The notes: a model not told the origin generated them from the sequence alone. Positions 1 through 13,582 are shown, numbered from the stretch's first letter. The stretch is DNA of 32,000 nt from Bifidobacterium longum subsp. longum JCM 1217 (GCF_000196555.1 NC_015067.1:510001-542000); one strand, 5' to 3'. Translations and numbers: made by a program.

Positions 1-3000
1 ACCGTGGCCCACACCTCCGGCCTCGATGAGGTCTTCAACGAGATCTCTCCGATCGAGAACTTCGCTCAGACCATGAGCCTGACCTTCTCCGATCCGTACT
101 TCGAAGAGCCGCGTCACACCGTGCAGGAATGCAAGGAGAAGGATTACACCTACTCCGCACCGCTGTACGTGAATGCCGAGTTCGAGAACGGCGACACCGG
201 CGAGATCAAGTCCCAGACCGTGTTCATGGGCGATTTCCCGCTGCAGACCCCGCACGGTACCTTCATCATCGGCGGCACCGAGCGAGTCATCGTCTCCCAG
301 CTCGTGCGTTCCCCGGGCGTCTACTTCGACCGCCAGCAGGATCGCACCTCCGATAAGGAAGTCTTCGGCGCGAAGATCATCCCGAGCCGTGGTGCATGGC
401 TCGAGTTCGAGATCGATAAGAAAGACCAGCCGCAGGTGCGCGTGGACCGCAAGCGCAAGCAGTCCGCCATCGTGTTCCTCATGGCCATCGGCATGACCAA
501 GTCCGAGATCGCCCAGGCATTCAAGGACTACCCGCTGGTGCTCGACGCACTGGAGAAGGAAACCCTCGAGACCCAGGACGAGGCCCTCGTTGACCTCTAC
601 CGCAAGATTCGTCCGGCCGACACCCCGACCCCCGAGGCCGGCAAGAATCTGCTGGACTCCTTCTACTTCAACACCAAGCGCTACGATCTGGCCCGTGTTG
701 GCCGCTACAAGATCAACCGCAAGCTGGGTGTCGAGGCCGATTTCAACGATCGTTCCCTCCACCAGGAAGACATCATCGCCACAATCAAGTACCTGGTGGC
801 CCTGCACGACGGTGCGGCGACCTTCCCGGGCAAGCGCAACGGCGAAGACGTTGACCTGCGCGTGGACGTCGACGATATCGATCACTTCGGCAACCGTCGT
901 ATCCGCCAGGTCGGCGAGCTGATTCAGAACCAGCTGCGTACCGGTCTGAGCCGTATGGAGCGCGTGGTGCGCGAGCGTATGACCACTCAGGACGCCGAGG
1001 CCATCACCCCGCAGTCCCTGATCAACATCCGTCCGGTGAACGCCACCATCAAGGAGTTCTTCGGCACTTCCCAGCTCTCCCAGTTCATGGATCAGAACAA
1101 CCCGCTGTCCGGTGTGACGAACAAGCGTCGTCTTTCCGCACTGGGCCCCGGCGGTCTGTCCCGCGACCGCGCCTCCATGGAGGTGCGCGACGTGCACCCG
1201 TCCCACTTCGGCCGTATGTGCCCGATCGAGTCTCCTGAAGGCCCGAACATCGGTCTGATCGGCTCCCTGGCAACCTTCGGCCGCGTCAACCCGTTCGGCT
1301 TCATCGAGACCCCGTACCGCAAGGTCGTCAACGGCCACGTGACCGACGAGGTCGAGTACATGACCGCTGACCGCGATCTTGACCACGTCATTGCCCAGGC
1401 CAACCAGGAGCTCGACGAGAACGGCAACTTCGTGCAGAAGTCCGCCCTTGCCCGAGTCGGCGAAGAAGAGGCGGTCGATGTGCCGGTGAGCTCCGTGGAC
1501 TACATGGACGTCTCCCCGCGCCAGATGGTCTCCCTCGGCGCCTCCCTGATTCCGTTCCTGGAGCATGATGAGGGCCACCGTGCACTGATGGGTACCAACA
1601 TGCAGCGTCAGGCCGTGCCGCTGATCGAATCCGAGCGCCCGCTGGTGGGCACCGGCTCCGAATGGCGCGCCGCCAACGACTCCGGCGACGTCATCAAGTC
1701 CGAGAAGGACGGTGTGGTTACCTACGTGTCCGCCGACCTGATCCGCGTGATGAACGACGACGGCACCACCAGCTCCTACAAGCTGGCCAAGTTCCAGCGC
1801 TCCAACCAGACCACCTGCTACAACCAGCGCCCGATCGTCCACGACGGCGAGCGTGTGGAAGCCGGCTCGGTTATGGCTGACGGCCCCGCCATCCAGAACG
1901 GCGACCTGGCCCTGGGCAAGAACCTGCTCATCGCCTTCATGCCGTGGAACGGCTACAACTACGAGGATGCTGTGATCATCTCCCAGCGCCTCGTGCAGGA
2001 CGACACCCTCTCCTCCATCCACATCGAGGAGTACGAGATCGACGCCCGCGAAACCAAGCTGGGCGCCGAAGAGATCACCCGCGACCTGCCGAACGTCGGC
2101 GAGGACGCTGTGGCCAACCTCGACGAGCGCGGCATCATCCGCATCGGCGCCGAGGTCGAGGCCGGCGACATCCTGGTCGGTAAGGTCACCCCGAAGGGCG
2201 AGACCGAGCTGACCCCGGAGGAGCGCCTGCTGCGCGCCATCTTCGGCGAGAAGTCCCGCGAGGTGCGCGACACCTCCCTGCGCGTGCCTCACGGCGAGAC
2301 CGGTACCGTCATCGGCGTCAAGGAGATCACCCGCGAGGATGCCGAGGAGGACGGCGACGAGCTGCCCAACGGCGTCAACCAGATGATCCGCGTCTACATC
2401 GCCCAGCACCGTAAGATCACGGTGGGCGACAAGCTCTCCGGCCGCCACGGCAACAAGGGCTGCATCTCCCGCATTCTGCCGGAAGAGGATATGCCGTTCC
2501 TTGCCGACGGTACTCCGGTCGACATCATGTTGAACCCGCTGGGTGTGCCTTCCCGAATGAACCTCGGTCAGGTGCTCGAACTGCACCTTGGCTGGATCGC
2601 CCACTCCGGTTGGGATATCTCCCTTGACCCGAACATGGAAGCCGAGTGGAAGAAGCTGATTCCGTCCGGTGCCGAGAAGGCCGAGCCGAACACCCCGGTC
2701 GCCACCCCGGTGTTCGACGGTGTCAAGCCCGAAGTCCTGAAGGGCCTGTTGTCCACCACGCTGCCGAACCGTGACGGCGACCGTCTGGTCGGCCCCGACG
2801 GCAAGGCCACCCTGTTCGATGGCCGTACCGGTGAGCCGTACACCAAGCCGATTTCCGTCGGCTACATGTACATGTTGAAGCTGCACCACCTGGTCGACGA
2901 CAAGATCCACGCCCGTTCCACCGGCCCGTACTCCATGATCACCCAGCAGCCGCTCGGTGGTAAGGCCCAGTTCGGTGGCCAGCGCTTCGGCGAGATGGAG

Positions 3001-3342
3001 GTGTGGGCCCTTGAGGCCTACGGTGCCGCCTACACGCTGCACGAGATGATGACCACCAAGTCCGATGACGTCGACGGCCGCGTGCGCGTCTACGGTGCCA
3101 TCGTCAAGGGCGATAACCTGCCGCCGGCAGGTATCCCTGAGTCGTTCAAGGTGCTCCTGAAGGAAATGCAGTCCCTGTCCCTGAACGTCGAAGTGCTCAA
3201 CGCCGAAGGCGTGGCCATCGACATGAAGGATGAGGATGACGATCCGGCCAGCTCCGCTGACGACCTCGGCTTCAACATTGGCGCCCGCCCCGACGCGGCC
3301 GCCAAGGAAGACCAGAAGGCCGAAGAGCCCGAATACCAGTGA
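1..3342 (+). CDS. rpoB: DNA-directed RNA polymerase subunit beta, 5'-truncated by the window edge
   Basis: The ORF 4..3342 stays open in frame back to base 1. The translation carries hallmark beta-subunit motifs: rifampicin cluster [56 protein letters not shown] and [11 protein letters not shown]. Stop TGA at 3340-3342. Confidence 0.98.
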   Translation, partial: TVAHTSGLDEVFNEISPIENFAQTMSLTFSDPYFEEPRHTVQECKEKDYTYSAPLYVNAEFENGDTGEIKSQTVFMGDFPLQTPHGTFIIGGTERVIVSQLVRSPGVYFDRQQDRTSDKEVFGAKIIPSRGAWLEFEIDKKDQPQVRVDRKRKQSAIVFLMAIGMTKSEIAQAFKDYPLVLDALEKETLETQDEALVDLYRKIRPADTPTPEAGKNLLDSFYFNTKRYDLARVGRYKINRKLGVEADFNDRSLHQEDIIATIKYLVALHDGAATFPGKRNGEDVDLRVDVDDIDHFGNRRIRQVGELIQNQLRTGLSRMERVVRERMTTQDAEAITPQSLINIRPVNATIKEFFGTSQLSQFMDQNNPLSGVTNKRRLSALGPGGLSRDRASMEVRDVHPSHFGRMCPIESPEGPNIGLIGSLATFGRVNPFGFIETPYRKVVNGHVTDEVEYMTADRDLDHVIAQANQELDENGNFVQKSALARVGEEEAVDVPVSSVDYMDVSPRQMVSLGASLIPFLEHDEGHRALMGTNMQRQAVPLIESERPLVGTGSEWRAANDSGDVIKSEKDGVVTYVSADLIRVMNDDGTTSSYKLAKFQRSNQTTCYNQRPIVHDGERVEAGSVMADGPAIQNGDLALGKNLLIAFMPWNGYNYEDAVIISQRLVQDDTLSSIHIEEYEIDARETKLGAEEITRDLPNVGEDAVANLDERGIIRIGAEVEAGDILVGKVTPKGETELTPEERLLRAIFGEKSREVRDTSLRVPHGETGTVIGVKEITREDAEEDGDELPNGVNQMIRVYIAQHRKITVGDKLSGRHGNKGCISRILPEEDMPFLADGTPVDIMLNPLGVPSRMNLGQVLELHLGWIAHSGWDISLDPNMEAEWKKLIPSGAEKAEPNTPVATPVFDGVKPEVLKGLLSTTLPNRDGDRLVGPDGKATLFDGRTGEPYTKPISVGYMYMLKLHHLVDDKIHARSTGPYSMITQQPLGGKAQFGGQRFGEMEVWALEAYGAAYTLHEMMTTKSDDVDGRVRVYGAIVKGDNLPPAGIPESFKVLLKEMQSLSLNVEVLNAEGVAIDMKDEDDDPASSADDLGFNIGARPDAAAKEDQKAEEPEYQ

Positions 3343-3408
3343 TCCCTCGGGCTGCATGCGGTCAATACGCCGCGTGTAGCCCCGCCAACGTGAAATAGAT
3401 AACGTACA

Positions 3409-3487
3409 GAGACCTTTCCGGTTTGCACTACCCCTCAGTCAGCCTTGGCTGACAGCTCCCCTGACAAGGGGAGCTTGGGAAGGTCTC
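3409..3487 (+). promoter_or_regulatory. Structured RNA element in the rpoB-rpoC spacer: a closing stem enclosing two adjacent hairpins
   Basis: Read directly from the sequence. GAGACCTTTCC (3409-3419) pairs with GGGAAGGTCTC (3477-3487) as 11 bp with one G-U. Inside it sit hairpin GTCAGC/CTTG/GCTGAC (3438-3453) and hairpin AGCTCCCC/TGACAA/GGGGAGCT (3454-3475). No U-tract follows. The element ends 22 nt before the rpoC GTG. Confidence 0.4.
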
Positions 3488-3509
3488 AAGAACAGAAACG
3501 GATTAACAA

Positions 3510-7547
<4,038 letters not shown>

Positions 7548-7555
7548 GTGAGAAG

Positions 7556-7583
7556 GTCCTAGAAAGGATGCCCCTTCTAGGAC
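7556..7583 (+). terminator. Weak hairpin just after the rpoC stop
   Basis: GTCCTAGAA (7556-7564) pairs with TTCTAGGAC (7575-7583) across a 10-nt loop. No T-run follows. Confidence 0.25.
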
Positions 7584-7609
7584 TCAGATCTTGCGTTAAT
7601 CGCAATAAG

Positions 7610-7640
7610 ATGGCCCGGAACTATATCAGTTCCGGGCCAT
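7610..7640. terminator. Bidirectional intrinsic-terminator-like hairpin between convergent rpoC and the FHA gene
   Basis: Perfect 13-bp stem ATGGCCCGGAACT (7610-7622) / AGTTCCGGGCCAT (7628-7640) with loop ATATC. It is followed by CCGTATATTT on the + strand and CTTATTGCG on the - strand. It sits between two convergent gene ends. Confidence 0.6.
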
Positions 7641-7705
7641 CCGTATATTTGCCATTGTGATTTTCCTGTTGAACAAGAGCAGGCAGCCGCTCGTTGCTTG
7701 ATTAC

Positions 7706-8338
7706 TCAAGCCTGTTTTTCGGTGAACTGGAAGAACTGGTCTCCGATACGCACCGTGGCAGGCGCGCTGAGCTTGAGCGGTGTGCCCTTGGTGACTTGTG
7801 TCTCTTGGCCATTGGTGATGATGTAGGTGCCGTTCAACGAGCCGTAGTCCTCGATCCACAGCGCGCCATCGGTGTCGATGCTGATGGCGGCATGGTTGCG
7901 GGATGTGGTGCGGGTCGGGTCTACGATACGCACCGCCTTGGCACCCTGCGGCACATCCATGGAAGGCTTGCGGCCCAGCAACGTGCTCTTATCGATCACG
8001 ATGGTCTGGCCGGTGACATCGTTATGCAGCAGGTACGTCTTCTTCGGTGCCTTGGACGTGAACGAGGAGGAGAGCACGGTGCTGTCCCAATCCTCGATGT
8101 CGTTTTCGGCGGCGTGCGGTGTGGTGTCTGCCGGAGCGGTGGCAGCGGGCTCAGCGGCGGCGGCCGTGGCGGCAGGCTCTGCGGTAAAAGCGGTATTGGT
8201 TGCCGCTTCCGCGGTACTGGGCTGCCCGTAGTCGTTCTGCGGTTCGGCTGTGCCAACTGCGGAATCCGGGGTGCCTTCCACCGGATCGTCAGAATACCAA
8301 CCCAGTTCAGGTGCTGGAGGGTAGGGAAGTTTGGCCAT
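7706..8338 (-). CDS. FHA domain-containing protein: disordered Ala/Pro/Thr-rich N-terminus plus C-terminal FHA
   Basis: The C-terminal half reads LLGRKPS...RTTSRNHAAISIDTDGALWIEDYGSLNGTYI, i.e. the canonical FHA G-R, S-x-x-H and N-G signature. An AAGGA RBS lies about 10 nt upstream of the ATG at 8338. Stop TGA (complement of 7706-7708). Confidence 0.9.
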   Translation of the reverse strand: MAKLPYPPAPELGWYSDDPVEGTPDSAVGTAEPQNDYGQPSTAEAATNTAFTAEPAATAAAAEPAATAPADTTPHAAENDIEDWDSTVLSSSFTSKAPKKTYLLHNDVTGQTIVIDKSTLLGRKPSMDVPQGAKAVRIVDPTRTTSRNHAAISIDTDGALWIEDYGSLNGTYIITNGQETQVTKGTPLKLSAPATVRIGDQFFQFTEKQA

Positions 8339-8353
8339 GATGATGCCGTCCTT

Positions 8354-8869
8354 TCACTGACGGGAAGCCAGAGCGGCGTTGATTGCCGGGTCGCCGAGCT
8401 GGCCCAGCCATTCGATCAGTGCCGGATAGGTGTTGGGATTACGTGCGATGCAGGCGCGTAGTTCAGGCGCGTACTGGGCAATCTGGGCGATTTGCATCTG
8501 GTCGGTGGTGGTCAGGGCCTGTTCGGCGGTGAAACCGTAAGGATTGGTGGCCACAGGCTCCTCGAATGCCGCCTGAGCCGCGGGCTGCTGAGCCTGTTCG
8601 GCGGCGGGCTGCTGGGCCGCCTGTGCCGTGGCTTTCTGATCCTGAACCGGGCCGCCGAATGCCTCGGCAGTGAACCCGTATTGCGCCAGGGTCTCGCGGG
8701 CGCGACCGTCACCGAACTCGGCGATCCAACGCTTCAAGCCGGGATAACAGCGCGGATTCACGGCGACATTGGCACCGAATTCCGGATTCTCGTAGGCGAT
8801 TTTTGCCAGCAGAATCGGATCCGCGTTCGGATCCTGAACGGCAGCGACCGCAGCATCATAATCAACCAT
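8354..8869 (-). CDS. Hypothetical protein with two copies of a ~45-aa helical repeat (leucine-rich-repeat-variant-like) joined by a Gln/Ala-rich linker
   Basis: Internal duplication is visible by eye. DPILLAKIAYENPEFGANVAVNPRCYPGLKRWIAEFGD matches DQMQIAQIAQYAPELRACIARNPNTYPALIEWLGQLGD, and YGFTAEAF matches YGFTAEQA. A strong AAGGAGG RBS lies 7 nt upstream of the ATG at 8869. Confidence 0.75.
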   Translation of the reverse strand: MVDYDAAVAAVQDPNADPILLAKIAYENPEFGANVAVNPRCYPGLKRWIAEFGDGRARETLAQYGFTAEAFGGPVQDQKATAQAAQQPAAEQAQQPAAQAAFEEPVATNPYGFTAEQALTTTDQMQIAQIAQYAPELRACIARNPNTYPALIEWLGQLGDPAINAALASRQ

Positions 8870-8895
8870 GGGATTACCTCCTTATGTTCGCTCGG

Positions 8896-9828
8896 TTATG
8901 CCGAACGTATGGTCCGTAGTGTTTGTAGTGTTGCGTCTTCAATGGCGCCGATATCCTCACCTTCGTCCAGCCTGAATGCGCTGAACGCATGATGTTCGGG
9001 TTCGGTCAATGGCATATCGGCCACAATCACAGTGATATTGTCGGTTCCGCCCGCATCAAGAGCGGCCGCCACCAAGGCGTCCACGGCCTCCTGCGGACTG
9101 GAATGCGCCGCGGCGATGGCCGCGATCTGTTCGTCCGGCACCTCGCCATGCAATCCATCCGAACAGATGATGAAGCGGCCGGTCAGATCGGCGACATATA
9201 CGTCGGGCATGATGCCATCCGGATCACCCAGACATTGGGTGATGATGTTGCGTGGAATGGTCGCCTCCGCCTCTTCCGGCAACATCTGCCCGGAATCGAT
9301 GGCTTCTTGGCGCTGGGAATGGTCTCGCGTGATGCGGGTCAGCGAAGCGGCGTCCCACACGGGAATGATATCCGTGGCGGGAGCATCGGCATGCGCCAAC
9401 GGACTGAGATGGTAGGTGCGGGAATCGCCGACATTGACCACATAGGTCTGGTCCGAGAAGTCCTGATCATCGGCGTCACTGAACAAAGCAGCGCTGCGGG
9501 CGCTGGCGGAATCCGCATGATCTTGGGGCAGTACCAAACCGGAGCAGGTTGTGCCGGCCACGCCGCCAAGGCGGTCTCCCAGATCGAGAATGTCGTGCTG
9601 GGCCCGTGCCAAGGTGTCGTCGATATCCTGACGGGTGCGTGAAGGCATGGCGGCCAATTGTGCGAAATGCTGGGCAGCCAACTGGCTTGCCTGCTCGCCG
9701 CCTTTGCCGCCGCCCATGCCGTCACAGACCATGAACACGCCTTGTTGCGCGAATCCGGTGTCTTGGTTGTTTTTGCGCCTAAGACCCACGTCACTGGTCA
9801 TCGCGATACGGATGGAGCCTGTGGTCAT
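8896..9828 (-). CDS. PP2C-family Ser/Thr protein phosphatase (cytoplasmic, no TM segment)
   Basis: PP2C motifs are present: SDVGLRRKNNQD, FMVCDGMGGGKGGEQAS, ICSDGL and GGTDNITVIV. The start ATG overlaps the upstream gene's stop as ATGA (9825-9828). Confidence 0.92.
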   Translation of the reverse strand: MTTGSIRIAMTSDVGLRRKNNQDTGFAQQGVFMVCDGMGGGKGGEQASQLAAQHFAQLAAMPSRTRQDIDDTLARAQHDILDLGDRLGGVAGTTCSGLVLPQDHADSASARSAALFSDADDQDFSDQTYVVNVGDSRTYHLSPLAHADAPATDIIPVWDAASLTRITRDHSQRQEAIDSGQMLPEEAEATIPRNIITQCLGDPDGIMPDVYVADLTGRFIICSDGLHGEVPDEQIAAIAAAHSSPQEAVDALVAAALDAGGTDNITVIVADMPLTEPEHHAFSAFRLDEGEDIGAIEDATLQTLRTIRSA

Positions 9829-12338
9829 GACGCCTTCCCCTTCTTACGCGTGCGCTTGACATGCGTCGTGTGCGGCTTTGCTGCGTGCCCATTTGACAGT
9901 ATAGCCACGCTTTTCAGGGAAAGTCGTGTACGTATCCTCCTGAAACGCGGCAAAGAAGCGAGCATTGCCTTGCGTAATTGGTCGACTCCTGTCCAATATG
10001 TGGTGGCTTGGCCCGATTCAATGTCTTGCCCCGAGAACGTGGCGTAGTCGGCTTCCCGGCCAAGCTGGATCAAAGCCTGGTCATCTGTGCCGAGTTGACG
10101 GGCGATGGCACCGGCCTGATCTCGACGAGTGCCCTTGGCTGTGATGCCGCTTTGCTCGGCAAGCATGCGTATGGCATTCCAACCTGCTGCCACACGGGTT
10201 TTCGGACTGCCGTGTCGCCGCGCTCGTGCCAGCAGTATGGCCTTGAACATCAGAATCAGACCGCAGGCGATGAGTAGGGTCCACAATGGGCTGCCGTACA
10301 GGGCCACCTTGCGGGTCACTCGCCAGAACCGCGCCCAGAACAGGTTGGTCGGCGAATCATCGGCGTCGGCGCCGGCCAATGAGCTTTGGCCCTTGGCTTG
10401 CGTCTGATCGCGCAGCGGATCGGTCAACGGCACTGGTGGTTGCCGGACCAGCGTCTGCGGATTCGGCGGCGTCAGGTTCTGGTTTTCATCAGGCATCTTG
10501 GTCTCCTTGGGCGTCGGATAGAACGCCACCCATCCCAGGCCCTGCAATTTGATTTCCACCCAAGCGGTGACATCGTTGCCGGTGAATTCGATTTTGGTGC
10601 CATTGCCTGAGGTCTTCTCCGTGCGGGCATCGGTGATTTCGCCATCCTCGTTTTTCGGCAGGAAGCCCAGGACCACACGGGAGGGCAGTCCCAGATCACG
10701 AGCCATCAGTGCCATGGCGGAGGCATATTGCTCGGAGTCGCCCACCATGGCCGTGCCTGCCAGCAGCTTGTTGATGCGGTAGTTGCCATGGCCGGCATCG
10801 GAGGGATAGTCGCCTTCAAGTCCATGAGAGAACCATCCGGAGTCTTTCAATGTGTCGGCCAACGCCGTGGCTGCGGCACCGCCCGAGGACTGCCCGCCGG
10901 CAATGGACGTGGCCAGTTTGCTGGCCGAATCGGGAACATCCTGGGCTTCTGGTTGGGTGATGCGGGCCGCAGCCGCACTGCTGATCTGCTTATCGGTGGG
11001 ATTACGGGCGATAATGCCGGATTCGGTATAGGTGAGGCCTTTACGCGTGCCGGCGGGAATAATGGCGGAATCGGTATCCGTGTTGTAGTAAAACGTGTCA
11101 TTGCCGTTGTCGGCATCGTTGGCGAAGCTCACGCCAGTGGCCGCTCCCGCCAGCGGCAGCCAGGTGTCGGTCAGTCCCTGATCGACGGTGAAGGTCGCAG
11201 TGAAGGATTTACCCTGCTCATCCGCCTTGATCGTGGTGCCCACGCGATGATAATTCGAGGAGTCCGTGGCTTCGGAAGAATCGGACAGGTTCCATACTGT
11301 GCCATCGAATCGATCCATCACCGCAAGTTTGACCGGTGTTCCGGCCGGCAGATTATGAACGGTCAGCAACACGTCTTTTTTGTGGTCCTTGATATAGGAT
11401 CGCATGCCGCTGAGCGGGCTGGTGTAATCGTAGGGGCTTAACGGCGGATCGTAGCGGTCACGCAGCACGAAACGGTCCTGTGGCACCAGCAACGTGCCCC
11501 CGAAAGCAAGGCCGGCAGCGAGCACGACGATGATCAGCGCGGATATCCAGCGCCCCCATTCCAGCAGTTCAAGACGCCAAGACAGCCAGATAATCAGCAG
11601 CAAGGCAAAGGCAATACCGCAGATGGCGCGTTGCCAGCCGCTGTCTGTGCCCAGCAGGGCACATACGGCCACGGCCGCCGCAAGGGGCAGCACTCCCACC
11701 AGAGACAACCATGCGTTGGCATTAATGGCAAACACGCCGGTGAAGAACGTAAGCCACAGGCCGATGGTCCATACCGCCATCAGCACGCCGTCTTGCGTGC
11801 CCAGAGGCGGATCGACGGAAATAATGTACTTGAACGAGCCAAACGTCATTTCCCAACCTGAACTCAAGGTCTTCAAGGTGGGAATCACGTAATGGGACGT
11901 AGTGGAACTCAGCGTTACCACCGGGCCGATGATGAATTGGGCAAACGCCAGAAACACGATTTGCCACCACAGTCGCAACGCCGGCAACATGCCCGCCAGA
12001 GCGATGATCGCGCCCAGCAAGGTGGCCGGTACAGCGGCAATCGCCCAAGTGGCCACGCCGCCGTACACGTCGATGAGATTGGCTTGCGCCAGCAACATCA
12101 TCGCCGCTATGAGTACGAGGCTGGCGATTCGTTTGCCCCACGGCTGGCGACTGAGGCCCATGCCGCGAAGCACATTGCCTCTGGTCATCCAGATAACCGA
12201 ATGTGTGGAGTCGGCCCAGGAGCCGGTGGTGGTGGAGGTCCCGGTGTACGTGCCGGAGGAAGTGCCGGTGTATGTGCCGCTCGATCCGGCGTACGCAGCG
12301 GTATTGGTATTGGTGATACTGGACTGGTCGAAGGTCAT
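9825..12338 (-). CDS. Transglutaminase-fold polytopic membrane protein (TgpA/YebA-like architecture, DUF4129-like C-terminal tail); catalytic triad apparently substituted
   Basis: 837 aa. The order is a Thr/Ser-rich N-terminal tail, about 6 hydrophobic helices and a large soluble domain with the transglutaminase-core signature GDSEQYASAMALMARDLGLPSRVVLGF...VTAWVEIKLQGLGWVAFYPTP. A further TM helix and a basic cytoplasmic tail follow. The start overlaps the DUF58 stop as ATGA (12335-12338). Confidence 0.85.
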   Translation of the reverse strand: MTFDQSSITNTNTAAYAGSSGTYTGTSSGTYTGTSTTTGSWADSTHSVIWMTRGNVLRGMGLSRQPWGKRIASLVLIAAMMLLAQANLIDVYGGVATWAIAAVPATLLGAIIALAGMLPALRLWWQIVFLAFAQFIIGPVVTLSSTTSHYVIPTLKTLSSGWEMTFGSFKYIISVDPPLGTQDGVLMAVWTIGLWLTFFTGVFAINANAWLSLVGVLPLAAAVAVCALLGTDSGWQRAICGIAFALLLIIWLSWRLELLEWGRWISALIIVVLAAGLAFGGTLLVPQDRFVLRDRYDPPLSPYDYTSPLSGMRSYIKDHKKDVLLTVHNLPAGTPVKLAVMDRFDGTVWNLSDSSEATDSSNYHRVGTTIKADEQGKSFTATFTVDQGLTDTWLPLAGAATGVSFANDADNGNDTFYYNTDTDSAIIPAGTRKGLTYTESGIIARNPTDKQISSAAAARITQPEAQDVPDSASKLATSIAGGQSSGGAAATALADTLKDSGWFSHGLEGDYPSDAGHGNYRINKLLAGTAMVGDSEQYASAMALMARDLGLPSRVVLGFLPKNEDGEITDARTEKTSGNGTKIEFTGNDVTAWVEIKLQGLGWVAFYPTPKETKMPDENQNLTPPNPQTLVRQPPVPLTDPLRDQTQAKGQSSLAGADADDSPTNLFWARFWRVTRKVALYGSPLWTLLIACGLILMFKAILLARARRHGSPKTRVAAGWNAIRMLAEQSGITAKGTRRDQAGAIARQLGTDDQALIQLGREADYATFSGQDIESGQATTYWTGVDQLRKAMLASLPRFRRIRTRLSLKSVAILSNGHAAKPHTTHVKRTRKKGKAS
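12237..12284 (-). repeat. 2 x 24-bp in-frame tandem repeat encoding SSGTYTGT SSGTYTGT
   Basis: The N-terminus reads ...AYAG SSGTYTGT SSGTYTGT STTTGSW. About half of the first 41 residues are Ser/Thr. Confidence 0.8.
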
Positions 12339-13558
12339 GCGAGCACCCCCATGATCAGCGGGAGATCATCGAGGTCGCCGATGGTGGCCAATGTGAAGTT
12401 GGCGAATCTTCTGATGCCGCGATTGGCGCCGGCGCTGGCCTGCAATACCACGCAGCTGGCCGATCGGGGCAAGGCCAAGGTCATGCGCTTGATTTGCTCG
12501 ATGTCTTTCAGCGATCCAACAGTGAAAAAATAGAACGAAGCATCAGGACTGTGCTTCAGCGTGCCCTCGGCGAGATTCGGATTATCCTCACGATCAGGCT
12601 CTATGGCACTGGCGTTGTCGAGGAACTCCATGGCGTTGCGCGGCTGGCCGTGCGCGTTGCCCGCGTGGCAGAACAATGGACGATCCTGCAGCAGGCATTT
12701 GACGCCGATGGAGGAGTGGATGGACACCGCCATCTCGAATTCCTCGCCGTTGACGTATTCGTCCGGGTTCACGCTGATGGTCACCGAGGTGTCGGTGCGG
12801 CGCGTGGCCTCATATTGGCGAATCATCAACGTGCCGGTTTTCGCGGAGCTCAGCCAGTGGACGTTACGCACGTCGTCGCCCGGCTCGTATTCGCGCAATC
12901 CGTAGAAGTCGAGATCATCATCCACGATCTGGCCGGATGGTTGGCCTTCCAGGTCGCGGGGCACGCCGGCATTCAGAGTATCGAGACGCACGGTACGAGG
13001 GTGGATGAATACGGTGATGCGGTCGGCCAGCTCCTTTTCGTGACGCACCAGACCGAACGGGTCTCCCTTGCGGATGCGCAATGGGCCGATGGGCAGTATT
13101 GCGCGCGATACGGTACGGAACTCCACATCGGTTTGCTTGGATTGCCCGGGAGCCAGCATGGGGATGTTGAATCGTTCATGCGCATCGCCGATTGGCAGAT
13201 ATCCGCGTGCCGTGGTCGTCGGCGTTCTGCCGGTGTTGTCGATGCCGACGATAACGGATACGGTGTCTCCCACGGTCACGCGATGATTGGATACGACGAT
13301 GGACGCGTGGAAGCGTGTGTTGCCGAGGGAAAGCACGATTGCCGCGAGCATCATCACCATCGCCACGATGCCGAATACGAGCAGCTCATACCAGCCCAGA
13401 AACGGGAACGCAATAAGGCATGCGATGCCTGCGCCCGTTACCGCCCAGCCCAAGGGCGAGACGTAGGATGCGAAGAACCGTCTGATGCGTCTTACCGCGC
13501 GCTTGAACATGCGTTCAGCGCGCCGGCGACGGCGTAATGCGGCGGATGTAGATGCCAT
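12335..13558 (-). CDS. DUF58 domain-containing protein (vWA-like MoxR partner) with two N-terminal TM helices
   Basis: DUF58 signature DFYGLREYEPGDDVRNVHWLSSAKTGTLMIRQYE. The N-terminus is Arg-rich, followed by two hydrophobic helices. A GGAAAGG RBS lies upstream of the ATG at 13558. Confidence 0.9.
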   Translation of the reverse strand: MASTSAALRRRRRAERMFKRAVRRIRRFFASYVSPLGWAVTGAGIACLIAFPFLGWYELLVFGIVAMVMMLAAIVLSLGNTRFHASIVVSNHRVTVGDTVSVIVGIDNTGRTPTTTARGYLPIGDAHERFNIPMLAPGQSKQTDVEFRTVSRAILPIGPLRIRKGDPFGLVRHEKELADRITVFIHPRTVRLDTLNAGVPRDLEGQPSGQIVDDDLDFYGLREYEPGDDVRNVHWLSSAKTGTLMIRQYEATRRTDTSVTISVNPDEYVNGEEFEMAVSIHSSIGVKCLLQDRPLFCHAGNAHGQPRNAMEFLDNASAIEPDREDNPNLAEGTLKHSPDASFYFFTVGSLKDIEQIKRMTLALPRSASCVVLQASAGANRGIRRFANFTLATIGDLDDLPLIMGVLA

Positions 13559-13582
13559 GGTCGGATACCTTTCCGGGCCCTA

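Noticed and set aside
7694-8461. 255-aa + strand ORF overlapping the FHA and helical-repeat genes
   Set aside because: It lies opposite two genes with good RBSs and recognisable domains. Its product is Gly/Arg/Cys-rich with no signature.
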